Positions 29,441-41,400 of a DNA stretch of 64,000 nucleotides are shown one piece after another. Position numbers and translations under genes: made by a program. Source of the stretch: Macrostomum lignano (lineage: Eukaryota). The notes under the pieces are model-generated. The model did not search any database and was not told the DNA's origin. It saw only the letters and a program-made list of their open reading frames with translations. Positions within the stretch are counted from its first letter, which is position 1. The number at the start of each line of letters is the position of its first letter. Location: assembly GCA_002269645.1 (NCBI GenBank), contig NIVC01001917.1, forward strand, positions 124,001 to 188,000, given 5' to 3'.

Positions 29441-32400
29441 TTGTACTCGCGCATGTGCATACTCTGGAGCGCGAGCACGCCAGAGGTAGCGGCTGATTGG
29501 TCAGCCTAGTCAGGCTGGAAAATAAACTGGTATTTATTGAGAGAGCTAGGCTTGGCCAGCTCTAAGAGGTTTTTTTCTCTCTGCAAGCCACACAGACTTT
29601 GTTACAGGATGGGTGTCTTATGGAGTCTGCGTGAGACTGTGTGGATGCTGGATGGGTGTCTTATGGAGTCTGCGTGAGACTGTGTGAGTGCTGGACGGGT
29701 GTCTTATCGGGTCTAACAGAGTTATACAACTAACGACACCCGTAGCAACGGCTCGACCTCCCCGGTGTGTCCGTGCGGCCAGCCGGCGGACACGCACGAG
29801 CTGCCAGCCTCTCAGCTGCCCAGCCGGCACGCGTGGAGTCGCGAAGGTGACACAGTCGAGCTGGTGAACAACTGCTTCGGCGAAATGGAATTCTCCGGAT
29901 TGGGTAACACAGCTCAGGTGTGTGGATTGGAATGTGAAAGTTAGGGCGAGAGGTGGAAAATCCAAAGAAAAATATTCTGGTGATTGGGTTGGGGTTGACT
30001 TATAAGAGTGGTGAGGGAAAATGAGGACAGGTGAGGAGTATGAGGACAGGTGAGAGAGTACGAGAACAGGTGAGAGAGTATGAGGACAGGTGAGGAGTAT
30101 GAGGACAGGTGAGAGAGTACGAGAACAGGTGAGAGAGTATGAGGACAGGTGAGAGAGTACGAGAACAGGTGACAGAGTATGATGACAGATAAGCGAGTAT
30201 GAGAACAGGTGAGAGAGTATGAGAACAGGTGAGAGAGTATGAGAACAGGTGAAGAGAGAATGAGAATAGTTGAGAGAGTATGAAAACAGGTGAGAGAGTA
30301 TGAGAACAGGTGAGAGAGTATGAGAACAGGTGAGAGAGTATGAGAACAGGAGAAGAGAGAATGAGAACAGTTGAGAGAGTATGAGAACAGGTGAGAGAGT
30401 ATGAGAACAGGTGAGAGAGTACGAGAACAGGTGACAGATATGAGAACAGGTGAAAGAGTATGAGAACAGGTGAGAGAGTACGAGAACAGGTGACAGACTA
30501 TGAGAACAGGTGAAAGAGTATGAGAACAGGTGAGAGAGTACGAGAACAGGTGACAGACTATGAGAACAGGTGAAAGAGTATGAGAACAGGTGAGAGAGTA
30601 CGAGAACAGGTGACAGACTATGAGAACAGGTGAAAGAGTATGAGAACAGGTGACAGACTATGAGAACAGGTGAAAGAGTATGAGAACAGGTGAGACAGTA
30701 TGATGACAGATGAGAGAGTATGATGACAGATGAGAGAGTATGAGAACAGGTAAGAGAGAATGAGAACAGTTTAAGACAGATGAGGGAAAGGGAGGTAATT
30801 TAATAAAGTCTATTGTTTAATAACTCTATAAAAAGCAAAATGGCAACAAAAAGCAACGTACTTTTTTACAGTACTTCCGAGTCAGCCAGAGCACAGCGGA
30901 CGAAGCCCTGATGTCGGTGCTAACGGGGCACTGGGGCCTCGTCAAACCCTCCCTGGTGATCAGCGTCTATGGCACTGAGATCGACAAGACTGCCTTCAAG
31001 AGCGTCTGGCAGAAGGGCCTGTGGAAGGCGGCCGGTGGATCGGGTATGTGAAATCAAGTTCTTGGCCATTGCATGTCTCAGACTCAAATCAGCTAAGTCT
31101 ACATGTAGCAACTGATCTTGCCCGAAGGCGCCTGGGTCGTCACGGACGGATACGGCGGCCTGTCCGAGCTGTCCGGCCAGGCTGTCCGAGATTATTGCGA
31201 TGCCTACGGCGAAGACTCAATCTTGGCCATCGGCATCAGCCCTTGGGGCCGGGTGGCCAACAGGCCCAGCCTGGCTTCGGACACCTACATGGTGAGAGAT
31301 TGGCACCATAGGAATCGCCTTACTTATTTTCGCAACTGTGAGATTCGGTCCTTGTGAGATTCGGTCCCTGTGAGATTCGGTCTCTGTGAGATTCGGTCCC
31401 TGTGAGATTCGGTCCCTGTGAGATTCGGTCTCTGTGAGATTCGGTCTCTGTGAGATTCGGTCTCTGTGAGATTCGGTCCCTGTGAGATTCGGTCCCTGTG
31501 AGATTCGGTCTCTGTGAGATTCGGTCCCTGTGAGATTCGGTCTCTGTGAGATTCGGTCCCTGTGAGATTCGGTCCCTGTGAGATTCCCCACTGTGAGATT
31601 CACTAAACGATATTCACTCCTGTGTGATTCGTTTATTTTGTTTAAACTGTCTTTTATGGATTCGAGAGGACACTGTGAAACTGTACCCAATGTGACTCGC
31701 CTGAATGGTAAATTGCTAAGATATGCCTGAAAAGAATGAAAATATAATTCTAGCGCTGTTACTTACCATCAGTAGACTATGCATCCACAGGCGGAAAAAT
31801 TTGCAATCTTCAAAAAAAATTACTCGTAGGGCTGCTACCCGGCCAAGTACTTGATGGAGAGCGATGATCAATCCAGCATCAGCCTGGACCACAACCATTC
31901 GCACTTCCTCCTGCCGGACTCCGGTCGCTATGGCGACGCCGCGATCGACGACGCCCGAAGCTTCCGCAGCCGATTCGAACTATTAGTCAAAGATTGGCCC
32001 TCGGTGACCAGCTCAGACAGGATTGGCAGCTCCGTGAATTTGGATGGTCTGTGATTTTAATGGCATTGCTTGAATCTGAAAAACCTGTGAGGGAATTGGG
32101 CAGTTTCCAGGAAAGTACGAGCGAACGATGGAATTGATCATGACAATAGCCTCTATCGCTGTTGATGAGGAGACCACAAGTAAAAAGAACCACTGGTAAA
32201 GAGGGGTGCCGTAGCCCAGTAGTCCAGCCTGGCGCTCTGATGTGCCAGCGGCCCAGGCTCGATTCCAAGTGCAGTCACATTAATTTGGGGCTGAATTGGA
32301 ATCTCGGCTTGGCTCTGCTCGTGCAATTAACGTCATTGAGGCCCAACCCTCAAGGCACTGTGAAATGTACATGCCTAAAGATAAATAAGATAAATAGTTA

Positions 32401-35400
32401 GGGCCGCTGTACACTCCTGTGTGAGTGTGTGCCTGTGCGTGTGACTGCGTACGTATCCGCGCGCTTGTGTGCCTGCTCAGGGGAGTCGGCGGAATGGGCA
32501 GCAATGCCTCTCGCCGGTTGTGACAATGTCGCTTAAAGGGCGCCAGGGTGCACACAGCCCCTGCCTCTAATAAAAAATTTTGGTCGCAGAACTTCATTTC
32601 TACGAGAGGATGATTCCACCAGATGAGAGAATGATTATTTAACTAGCTGAGAAGCGGATTATTGCGCTGATGAAAAAGAGAATTTTGCGCTAGCTGAGGT
32701 ATGGATTATTGCACGACCTTAGAAAGCGATTGTTGGATTAGTGGAGGAAATATTTGCACTAGCTACTTGCTGTCTGATGTTGCTTACTATCGGGGGGATG
32801 CTTGCTCTCGAGGGGAGGGGTTACTTGCTATTAGGGAGAGGGGGGGACTGGCTACATGTACCTACATGTATGGGATTTCTCTATCCAGGGATGCTTGCTA
32901 TTTATACTCGTAGATTCTTGCTATATGCAGGATGCTTGCTATCTGCAGGATGCTTGCTATTTATACTCGTAGATTCTTGCTATATGCAGGATGCTTGCTA
33001 TCTGCAGGATGCTTGCTATCTGGGGGATGCTTGCTATCTGGGGGATGCTTGCTATCTGGGGGATGCTTGCTATCTGGGGGATGCTTGCTATCCGGGGGAA
33101 GCTTGCTATCTGGGTGGATGCTTGCTATCTGGGGGGATGCTTGCTATCTGGGGGATGCTTGCTATCTGGGGGATGCTTGCTATCTGGGTGGATGCTTGCT
33201 ATCTGGGTGGATGCTTGCTATCTGGGTGGATGCTTGCTATCTGGGTGGATGCTTGCTATCTGGGTGGATGCTTGCTATCTGGGGGATGCTTGCTATCTGG
33301 GGGATGCTTGCTATCTGGGTGGATGCTTGCTATCTGGGGGATGCTTGCTATCTGGGGGATGCTTGCTATCTGGGTAGATGCTTGCTATCCGGGGGATGCT
33401 TGCTATCTGGGGGGATGCTTGCTATCTGGGGGGATGCTTGCTATCCGGGGATGCTTGCTACCTGGGGGATGCTTGCTATCTGGGGGGATGCTTGCTATCC
33501 GGGGGATGCTTGCTATCCGGGGGATGCTTGCTATCTGGGAGGATGCTTGCTATCTGGGGGGATGCTTGCTATCCGGGGGATGCTTGCTATCCGGGGGATG
33601 CTTGCTATCTGGGTGGATGCTTGCTATCTGGAGGATGCTTGCTATCTGGGTGGATGCTTGCTATCTGGGTGGATGCTTGCTATCTGGGGGATGCTTGCTA
33701 TCTGGGGGATGCTTGCTATCTGGGGGGATGCTTGCTATCTGGGTGGATGCTTGCTATCTGGGTGGATGCTTGCTATCTGGGTGGATGCTTGCTATCTGGG
33801 TGGATGCTTGCTATCTGGGAGGATGCTTGCTATCTGGGGGGATGCTTGCTATCTGGGGGGATGCTTGCTATCCGGGGGGATGCTTGCTATCCGGGGTAGG
33901 CTTGCTATCTGGGTGGATGCTTGCTATCTGGGGGGATGCTTGCTATCTGGGGGATGCTTGCTATCTGGGCGGATGCTTGCTATCTGGGGGGATGCTTGCT
34001 ATCTGGGAGGATGCTTGCTATCTGGGGGATGCTTGCTATCTGGGGGATGCTTGCTATCTGGGTGGATGCTTGCTATCCGGGGGATGCTTGCTATCTGGGG
34101 GGATGCTTGCTATCTGGGGGATGCTTGCTATCCGGGGGATGCTTGCTATCTGGGGGATGCTTGCTATCTGGGGGATGCTTGCTATCCGGGGGATGCTTGC
34201 TATCTGGGAGGATGCTTGCTATCTGGGTGGATGCTTGCTATCTGGGTGGATGCTTGCTATCTGGGGGATGCTTGCTATCTGGGGGGATGCTTGCTATCTG
34301 GGGGATGCTTGCTATCTGGGGGATGCTTGCTATCTGGGTGGATGCTTGCTATCCGGGGGATGCTTGCTATCTGGGGGATGCTTGCTATCCGGGGGATGCT
34401 TGCTATCTGGGGGGATGCTTGCTATCTGGGTGGATGCTTGCTATCCGGGGGATGCTTGCTATCTGGGGGATGCTTGCTATCCGGGGGATGCTTGCTATCT
34501 GGGGGGATGCTTGCTATCTGGGTGGATGCTTGCTATCTGGGGGATGCTTGCTATCCGGGGGGATGCTTGCTATCTGGGTGGATGCTTGCTATCCGGGGGA
34601 TGCTTGCTATCTGGGGGGATGCTTGCTATCCGGGGGATGCTTGCTATCTGGGTGGATGCTTGCTATCTGGGTGGATGCTTGCTATCCGGGGGATGCTTGC
34701 TATCTGGGGGGATGCTTGCTATCTGGGGGGATGCTTGCTATCTGGGGGGATGCTTGCTATCCGGGGATGCTTGCTATCTGGGGGATGCTTGCTATCCGGG
34801 GGATGCTTGCTATCTGGGGGATGCTTGCTATCTGGGTGGATGCTTGCTATCCGGGGGATGCTTGCTATCTGGGGGATGCTTGCTATCTGGGGGGATGCTT
34901 GCTATCTGGGGGATGCTTGCTATCTGGGGGGATGCTTGCTATCCGGGGGATGCTTGCTATCTGGGGGGATGCTTGCTATCTGGGGGGATGCTTGCTGTCT
35001 TGGGGATGTTTTCTTGCTGTCTTGGAGAAGGAAGAAGGAAAGAAGGAAATGCGCTTAAGAAAAGAAAATGTGCTTTTTTAATTGTTTTCCATGAATAATT
35101 TTTGCTCCTTGCTTATCGCAAGACTGCTAGCTTGGTGCTGATTTTTAAAGAAATTATTATCCACTGCGATTGCCTTTACTAGCTATGGTTGAATGCAGTT
35201 GCCAGGGTGCACACAGCCACTGCCTCTCAGTGCTGAAGACATGGTCAGTGAGCAGAGGGGCAAAGCGCTGGGAGGAGAGATGCTGGGAGGCTGACAGGGA
35301 AAAAGATTGGGGGAGAATAGCAAGAGCATCATTAGCGAGGCGGGATTTTTCAGGGACTTCTTGAAATGGCGACGGTGGACTGGAAGCTGGAGTAAATTGA

Positions 35401-38400
35401 ACGCTAATGTGGCCCCGGTTTCCGTCCATTTGAACTTTACCAGCGGTCCTGAGCAGGCACACAAGCGCGCGGATACGTACGCAGTCATACGCACAGGCAC
35501 GCACTCACACAGGAGTGTACAGCGGCCCTAATTTTATTTATCGTTAGGCATGTACACTTCACTGTGCCTTAGGGGGTTGGCCTGCCAGTCCTGCAGCATC
35601 AGCCGTCTAATCCACGCTCTGATTCTCATTTATATTCGGCAATTGAAATCATGTATGAAAAATATTCCCAAATATCTGAATGTTGCAAAATATCTGATTA
35701 TTATTTATTAACTTTGCGCAGAAGAGCATGAGAAATCACGCCGTCTTCAGTGGTGCATCTTGCAGTAAACAGGAATATGGGTAGAAATGCATACTATTGT
35801 CGAGTGTCGCTGGACTTATTAAATGCGCAAATATGGAAAATAATGCCTATTTGGCACGCACACCCCATTTGCAATTTGGGGGAAGTGAGCAGGAGGAGGG
35901 AAGGAGAAATTGGAACAATGGGGAAGGCAGCAAACTACGACCTAAAAAAGCGAGGGAGGTGGTTGACCCAGCTTTTTTCAGAATCAGAATATTTGCCAGT
36001 TTGCGCTTATGATGGTGGGTGTCCAGAATCTTTTTTCGAATGCTATATAATAATGATAGTAATAATACATTGCACCTGCCCTGATGAGCGGATGTGCAGC
36101 CGACAGCTCAGCCGCAGCTATTGCGCGGCGTATCTGAAGGCTGCGTACGGCTGTTCAGTCCGAGGACTGGGGGGTCGCCACACACCCTCAATAACCCCAG
36201 CTAATGCTGGCACCCATTTTACAGCTAGGTGAACTGAAGCAATGCAGAGTTAAGTGTCTTGCTCAAGGACACAAATTGTTCCGAGTGGGATCGGAAATCG
36301 AACCCCCGACCTTCAAGTCGTGATTCCGACGCTCTAACCACTAGGCTAGAGCCCCCTCCAGATACTATTGACCGGTTACACTGTTCCACCCAAAAGGCAA
36401 AAGGTATTTCCCAGAAATTAAAATATGCTTATTAATCCTTACAGGTGGGACTAAAATCCTCAACCTGCCACTTACCGTTCTCTCAAGTCAGTTTGAGAAC
36501 AGTTTAGTTTTGCAAGTTTCAAATCGGGAGGAAAGCTGGACGTGCACTATCATCAGCGCAAACTGGCACAGGTGGCAGTGATCCCCCTTGCCAACTGCTA
36601 TGAACATTTGAATTCGTTCATAGCGCCTAAATCTGAATCAAAAGGCACTGCAGACAGAGGAAAGCAAAATAATACGAGATTGCAATTACTGCTGGCGGCA
36701 CGTACAAGTGAGCGCGCGTGGATTGAAGGACTAATTTGACTGTAAACAGCGTTTTGAATTTTAGTCACGACTCTTTACTGCTTATTGATCGCTGCCTGTC
36801 TGCAAGGCGCTGCTCCCTTTCAGGAGCGCTGCTGGGGTGGTGAGGGAAGTATGAGCTACATTGTAAATAAAATGCGGTCTCCATGACAACCAGTGACTGT
36901 ACTGAGTGCAACCGGAGAGAACCGGTCCTAGGAAAATAGACAGGAATATTTCCTAAAAGGCTCCCATCCCCCAGCTATTGTTCTGAATTGACGCGATAAA
37001 TATAACGAACAGAATGAGACTCGCACGGCCAAGGAGACTCTTTATTGCCTTATTCGTTAGCTATTAAACGAAAACAGGATGCACCGCCAATGCCAGAAAG
37101 TCAAGCTGCTGCTGTTGCTGCTGGGCTGCACAGCCGCCGGGCTGCTGTTCGCAAAGCTGCAAGCTCTGAGGGACCTTCAAGAGGCCAGCGCGACCCAGCT
37201 TGAAGGCGCATTCGCTAAGCAAGCTGTCCTTACTGGCAGGTCAGCTGCTGTCATCACAACTGAGCCAACGGTCCCGAACCTGACGGTGCCGCTGAAAACC
37301 CTGCCGCCTTCAACTGTGGAAACCGGATGCAAAAGCTTCAAAGAGCTGCGCGATCTGGACTTCCAACAGCCGGCTCTGCGGCGCGTCCTGTGCAGCGGGG
37401 TCAACGCGTACGAGAAGACAGCCGACCGCTTCCCATTGTGCCAACTGCGGAATCCCTTCGACGAGAGACTCCTCGGGGTTGTGCGCTCGGGCAGCGCCAC
37501 CGCGGACCTGCTGGACGCGAGCAATTCCAAGGTGAAGATATTCGTCTACCCTGACACAGACATGATCTCCGAGGCCATCAAGAAGAATCACCAGGGAAAA
37601 GGACCTGGTCCACGCCACCATGAAACTGGTGCAGAGGGTGCCGAACGTGACCTTCCTGGACGCTGGCTGCAACATTGGCGTGTACAGCCTGCTGGCGGCG
37701 AGGCTCGGCCTGCCCGTCGTGTCGCTGGACGCGAACATCCGCAACCTGCTTCGACTCCGCCTGAGCCTAAAAGCGTCTGCGCTGGACGCTGCTCTTGTGT
37801 GGAACTTCATCGGGTCCGGAGACACGCTGAGCTACCTCAACTTCCCCGGGGACTGCAACGTCGGCGGAGCGACCAAGTTCGGCCGGGCCGTGACCGACTC
37901 GATTCCCGTGATGCCGGTACGCAGCGAGCGGTTGTGTGGTCTCATCGGCACGCAGAACGTCGTCATCAAGCTGGACATCGAGGGCGGTGAGGCCGACTTC
38001 CTGAGAACTTCCGGCTGCCTGTTCAGCCAGTTCACCATAGCGGCAGTGCAGATGGAGTTCCTCTCCGGCCACATGCAGGGCAACGACAGGGCCTTTATTA
38101 TCGACTTTTTCACTAGCAGGAACTACACTGTGTGGAAGTCGGTGTCCTTGAAAGCGCTGGACGCTAGGACGATGAAAGAATCTGATGTGATTTGGATTCA
38201 GAAGAAATTCGAGTACCTGCTGCCGCTGCTTAAGTCTTGAGTATGCGAGCCGATAGTGTCTGAGGACTTTTCTAATGCTCTTTTTAGAATTGACTATGCG
38301 TCAAAAACGTTTTTAGTTTTTCAATATTACACGTAGCACCAACCTTGCGCTTAGCCTGCCAATTAGTTTATTCCGTCAAATTATTATTTTAATATTTTCT

Positions 38401-41400
38401 CATCAACGTTAAGTAACGGTCTTAGTGACAATATTTTGTAAATCCGCGTTTTTTGTGTTTTAGCTTTTTGCGTCAATTTTTGTAATTTCTGTATCTGTCT
38501 GTACGTCGTATTTATCCATAGCTGTAACACCCAAGGTTGTAGGCCAATAGATAGTAAAGACAGGTTGGGCCATAGACAACACGCAGCACGCAGATTTCTG
38601 ACTAAAAAACTCGACTGAGAGACTTGCAAGCCTAGGGTAGGGCATTCAAACTCATGCTAAACGAGCCGATAGTCATCCGTGCTACGGATTGTGCTGGCTC
38701 TCATCAGTCCTTGGCAGGACTCTGTGGCCCATTAATTGCATGTTTGGGTTTCTAATCCTGGGCTTGCTGGTCTTTCAGTCGAGTTTCTCACTCTGAAATT
38801 TGCTTGTTGTCGAGGGCCTAACCTGTCTTTGTACTATATTGGTTTTTAACTTTGGGTGTCCGTTTTTTATAGCTCAACAAAAGCTGTACTGTTTTTTGTT
38901 TACAAGTTTGACTGTTTCGATTTCAGTGTAAGACCTTCAAATAAGCAAGAGAGTTCTTGGGGTTGGAAGCCATAGTCACAAAAGCCGTAGTTGCAAAAGC
39001 CATAGCCATAGAAGCCATAGCCATAAAAAACAATAGCCAAAGAATTCATAGCCACAGAAGCCATAGCCACAGAAGCCATAGCCATAAAAGCCATAGTCGC
39101 AGAAGCCATAGCCATAAAAGCCACAGAAGCCATAGCTATAGAAGCCATAGCCATAAAAGCCATAGTCGCAGAAGCCATAGCCATAAAAGCTATAGCCATA
39201 GAAGTCATAGCCACAGAAGCTATAGCCACAGAAGCCATAGCCATAAAAGCCATAGTCGCAGAAGCCATAGCCATAAAAGCCGCAGAAGCCATAGCCGTAG
39301 AAGCCATAGCCATAAAAGCCATAGCCATAGAAGTCAAAGCCGATGCCGCTTGAGTGTCTGTTTCCTCATTTTCTCTTCATTCTCTGTAGCAATTCACAAG
39401 TTCCTGTTCGAATACACTTGCTCGAATAAACTGCTGTTTTTTATTATATCACAGAACTGCGAAATTTAACTTTCCCTAGCAATCAGCGCCCCCTTTGGGG
39501 GGCCAACAAAGAATGCAATACAAATTTTAAAATAAACTACGTGTAGCTTCTTCTCTCAATACCCCTGCAATTCCCTTGTAAGCCTTGACATCTCAGTAAT
39601 TCCACCAGTAAGCCAGTTGAGTGAAATCTATAAACAGCAATTGTCTATGCAGTCCGCCAGCCAGTCAGCCAGGGTCAGAATGTACACACGCAGCCAGCAT
39701 TGAGGCCCACACAGTGGAGAGAGAAAAGTGCCGCAATCTCAATTGGAATTGCAAATCAGTCAGTCGAGATTCTTACAATGCATTTAAAAAAAAGGAATTT
39801 TGCTTGACCTTTGCAAAAATCATGTTTTTCGAACATTTAATCATCTTTCCATTCGACTTTTTCAAAAAACAATGAGATCCAGACAATTTCACAAGAATTT
39901 CTATTTGAATAAAGAAAGTTCGATAAAAATCGGTTCAGGCATTCAGTATATTTTATATAGAGTATATTGTGAAGATTTAGTGACTAGCAATCAGCGCACA
40001 AAGGAGCCAACAAAGATGTACAATATACAAGATGTATACAAGATGTATCCAAGTATACAAGATGTACAATGTACAATAATGATAAAAAATTACATGTAGC
40101 TTTTTACCACAGCCTTTATATATTAGCAATTCCCCTCCAAGCCTTGCCATCTCAGCAATCCCCCCAAGCCTTGACGTCTCAGCAATCCCCCCAAGCCTTG
40201 CCATCTCAGCAATCCCCCCAAGCCTTGACGTCTCAGCAATTCCCCTCCAAGCCTTGCCATCTCAGCAATCCCCCCAAGCCTTGACGTCTCAGCAATCCCC
40301 CCAAGCCTTGACGTCTCAGCAATCCCCTCAAGCCTTGACGTCTCAGCAATCCCCTCAAGCCTTGACGTCTCAGCAATCCCCCAAGCCTTGACGTCTCAGC
40401 AATTCCCCCAAGCCTTGACGTCTCAGCAATTCCCCTCAAGCCTTGACGTCTCAGCAATTCCCCTCAAGCCTTGACGTCTCAGCAATTCCCCTCAAGCCTT
40501 GACGTCTCAGCAATTCCCCTCAAGCCTTGACGTCTCAGCAATTCCCCTCAAGCCTTGACGTCTCAGCAATTCCCCCCAAGCCTTGACGTCTCAGCAATTC
40601 CCCTCAAGCCTTGACGTCTCAGCAATCCCCCCCAAGCCTTGACGTCTCAGCAATTCCCCCCAAGCCTTGACGTCTCAGCAACTCCCTCAAATATCAGAGT
40701 TTGCAGTTGCCAAGATCAATGTTTGCATGTCGCACCAACCCGATGCTGGAGGCCAACTCTCACAAGTAAAGTTGCTGCTGCATGTGGATTGCTCATTTGA
40801 ATTTTACAACCGGATCTGAATTTTGCTCAAATTATAAAGCCTAACCTGGGTTTGGATTGGGAAAAAAACTGTCTCTAACGGAATTTGCACAATTTTAACT
40901 ACAATTCTGTATAAAACTGCATGGGTTACAACTGCAGTATCGAGATCAGGTTCCACTAAGTAATTTAAGAGTGTGGAAATTAACAAACAGTGGAGAAAAA
41001 CAATTAATTAATATTGGATATATTTTTTTTTCTAAGAAGTAAAATGACTTGTCTAAATTCTATAAAGAAAGCCCTGCAAAGTTTGCTTGCTAATGGCAAT
41101 AGTGTGATTTCATTTTGCAAAGATTTTGCGGGACTTTTTCACATGTTTTTTAACGTAGAAAAGGCGAATTATATATTCTTGGTATAGCAAACAAACAAGC
41201 TATGAAGATGCTTTGAGTTACCAAGAATGTCGTTTTAATCTCTAATATAATATCCAAGCAGTTTTAAACATCCTTGTCATTTAGTGCGAGTAAGTCGCTT
41301 TGACAATGAAAAGATTTTTGCCACCCATTTTTTATTAGAGGCAGGGGGTTGTGTGCACCCTGGCGCCCTTTAAGCGACATTGTCACTCAACCGGCGAGAG

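Noticed and set aside
32741-35098. 785-, 708- and 386-aa ORFs (GGCLLS/MLAIW repeats)
   Set aside because: Open in several frames because of the 18-19-bp satellite.
36078-36115. Hammerhead-like CTGATGAG in SINE B
   Set aside because: GACA instead of GAAA, a poor stem II and no matching stem I.
36285-36354. Functional tRNA genes (also 59256 and 61432)
   Set aside because: Mismatched acceptor and anticodon stems and continuous with repeat bodies; treated as SINE heads.
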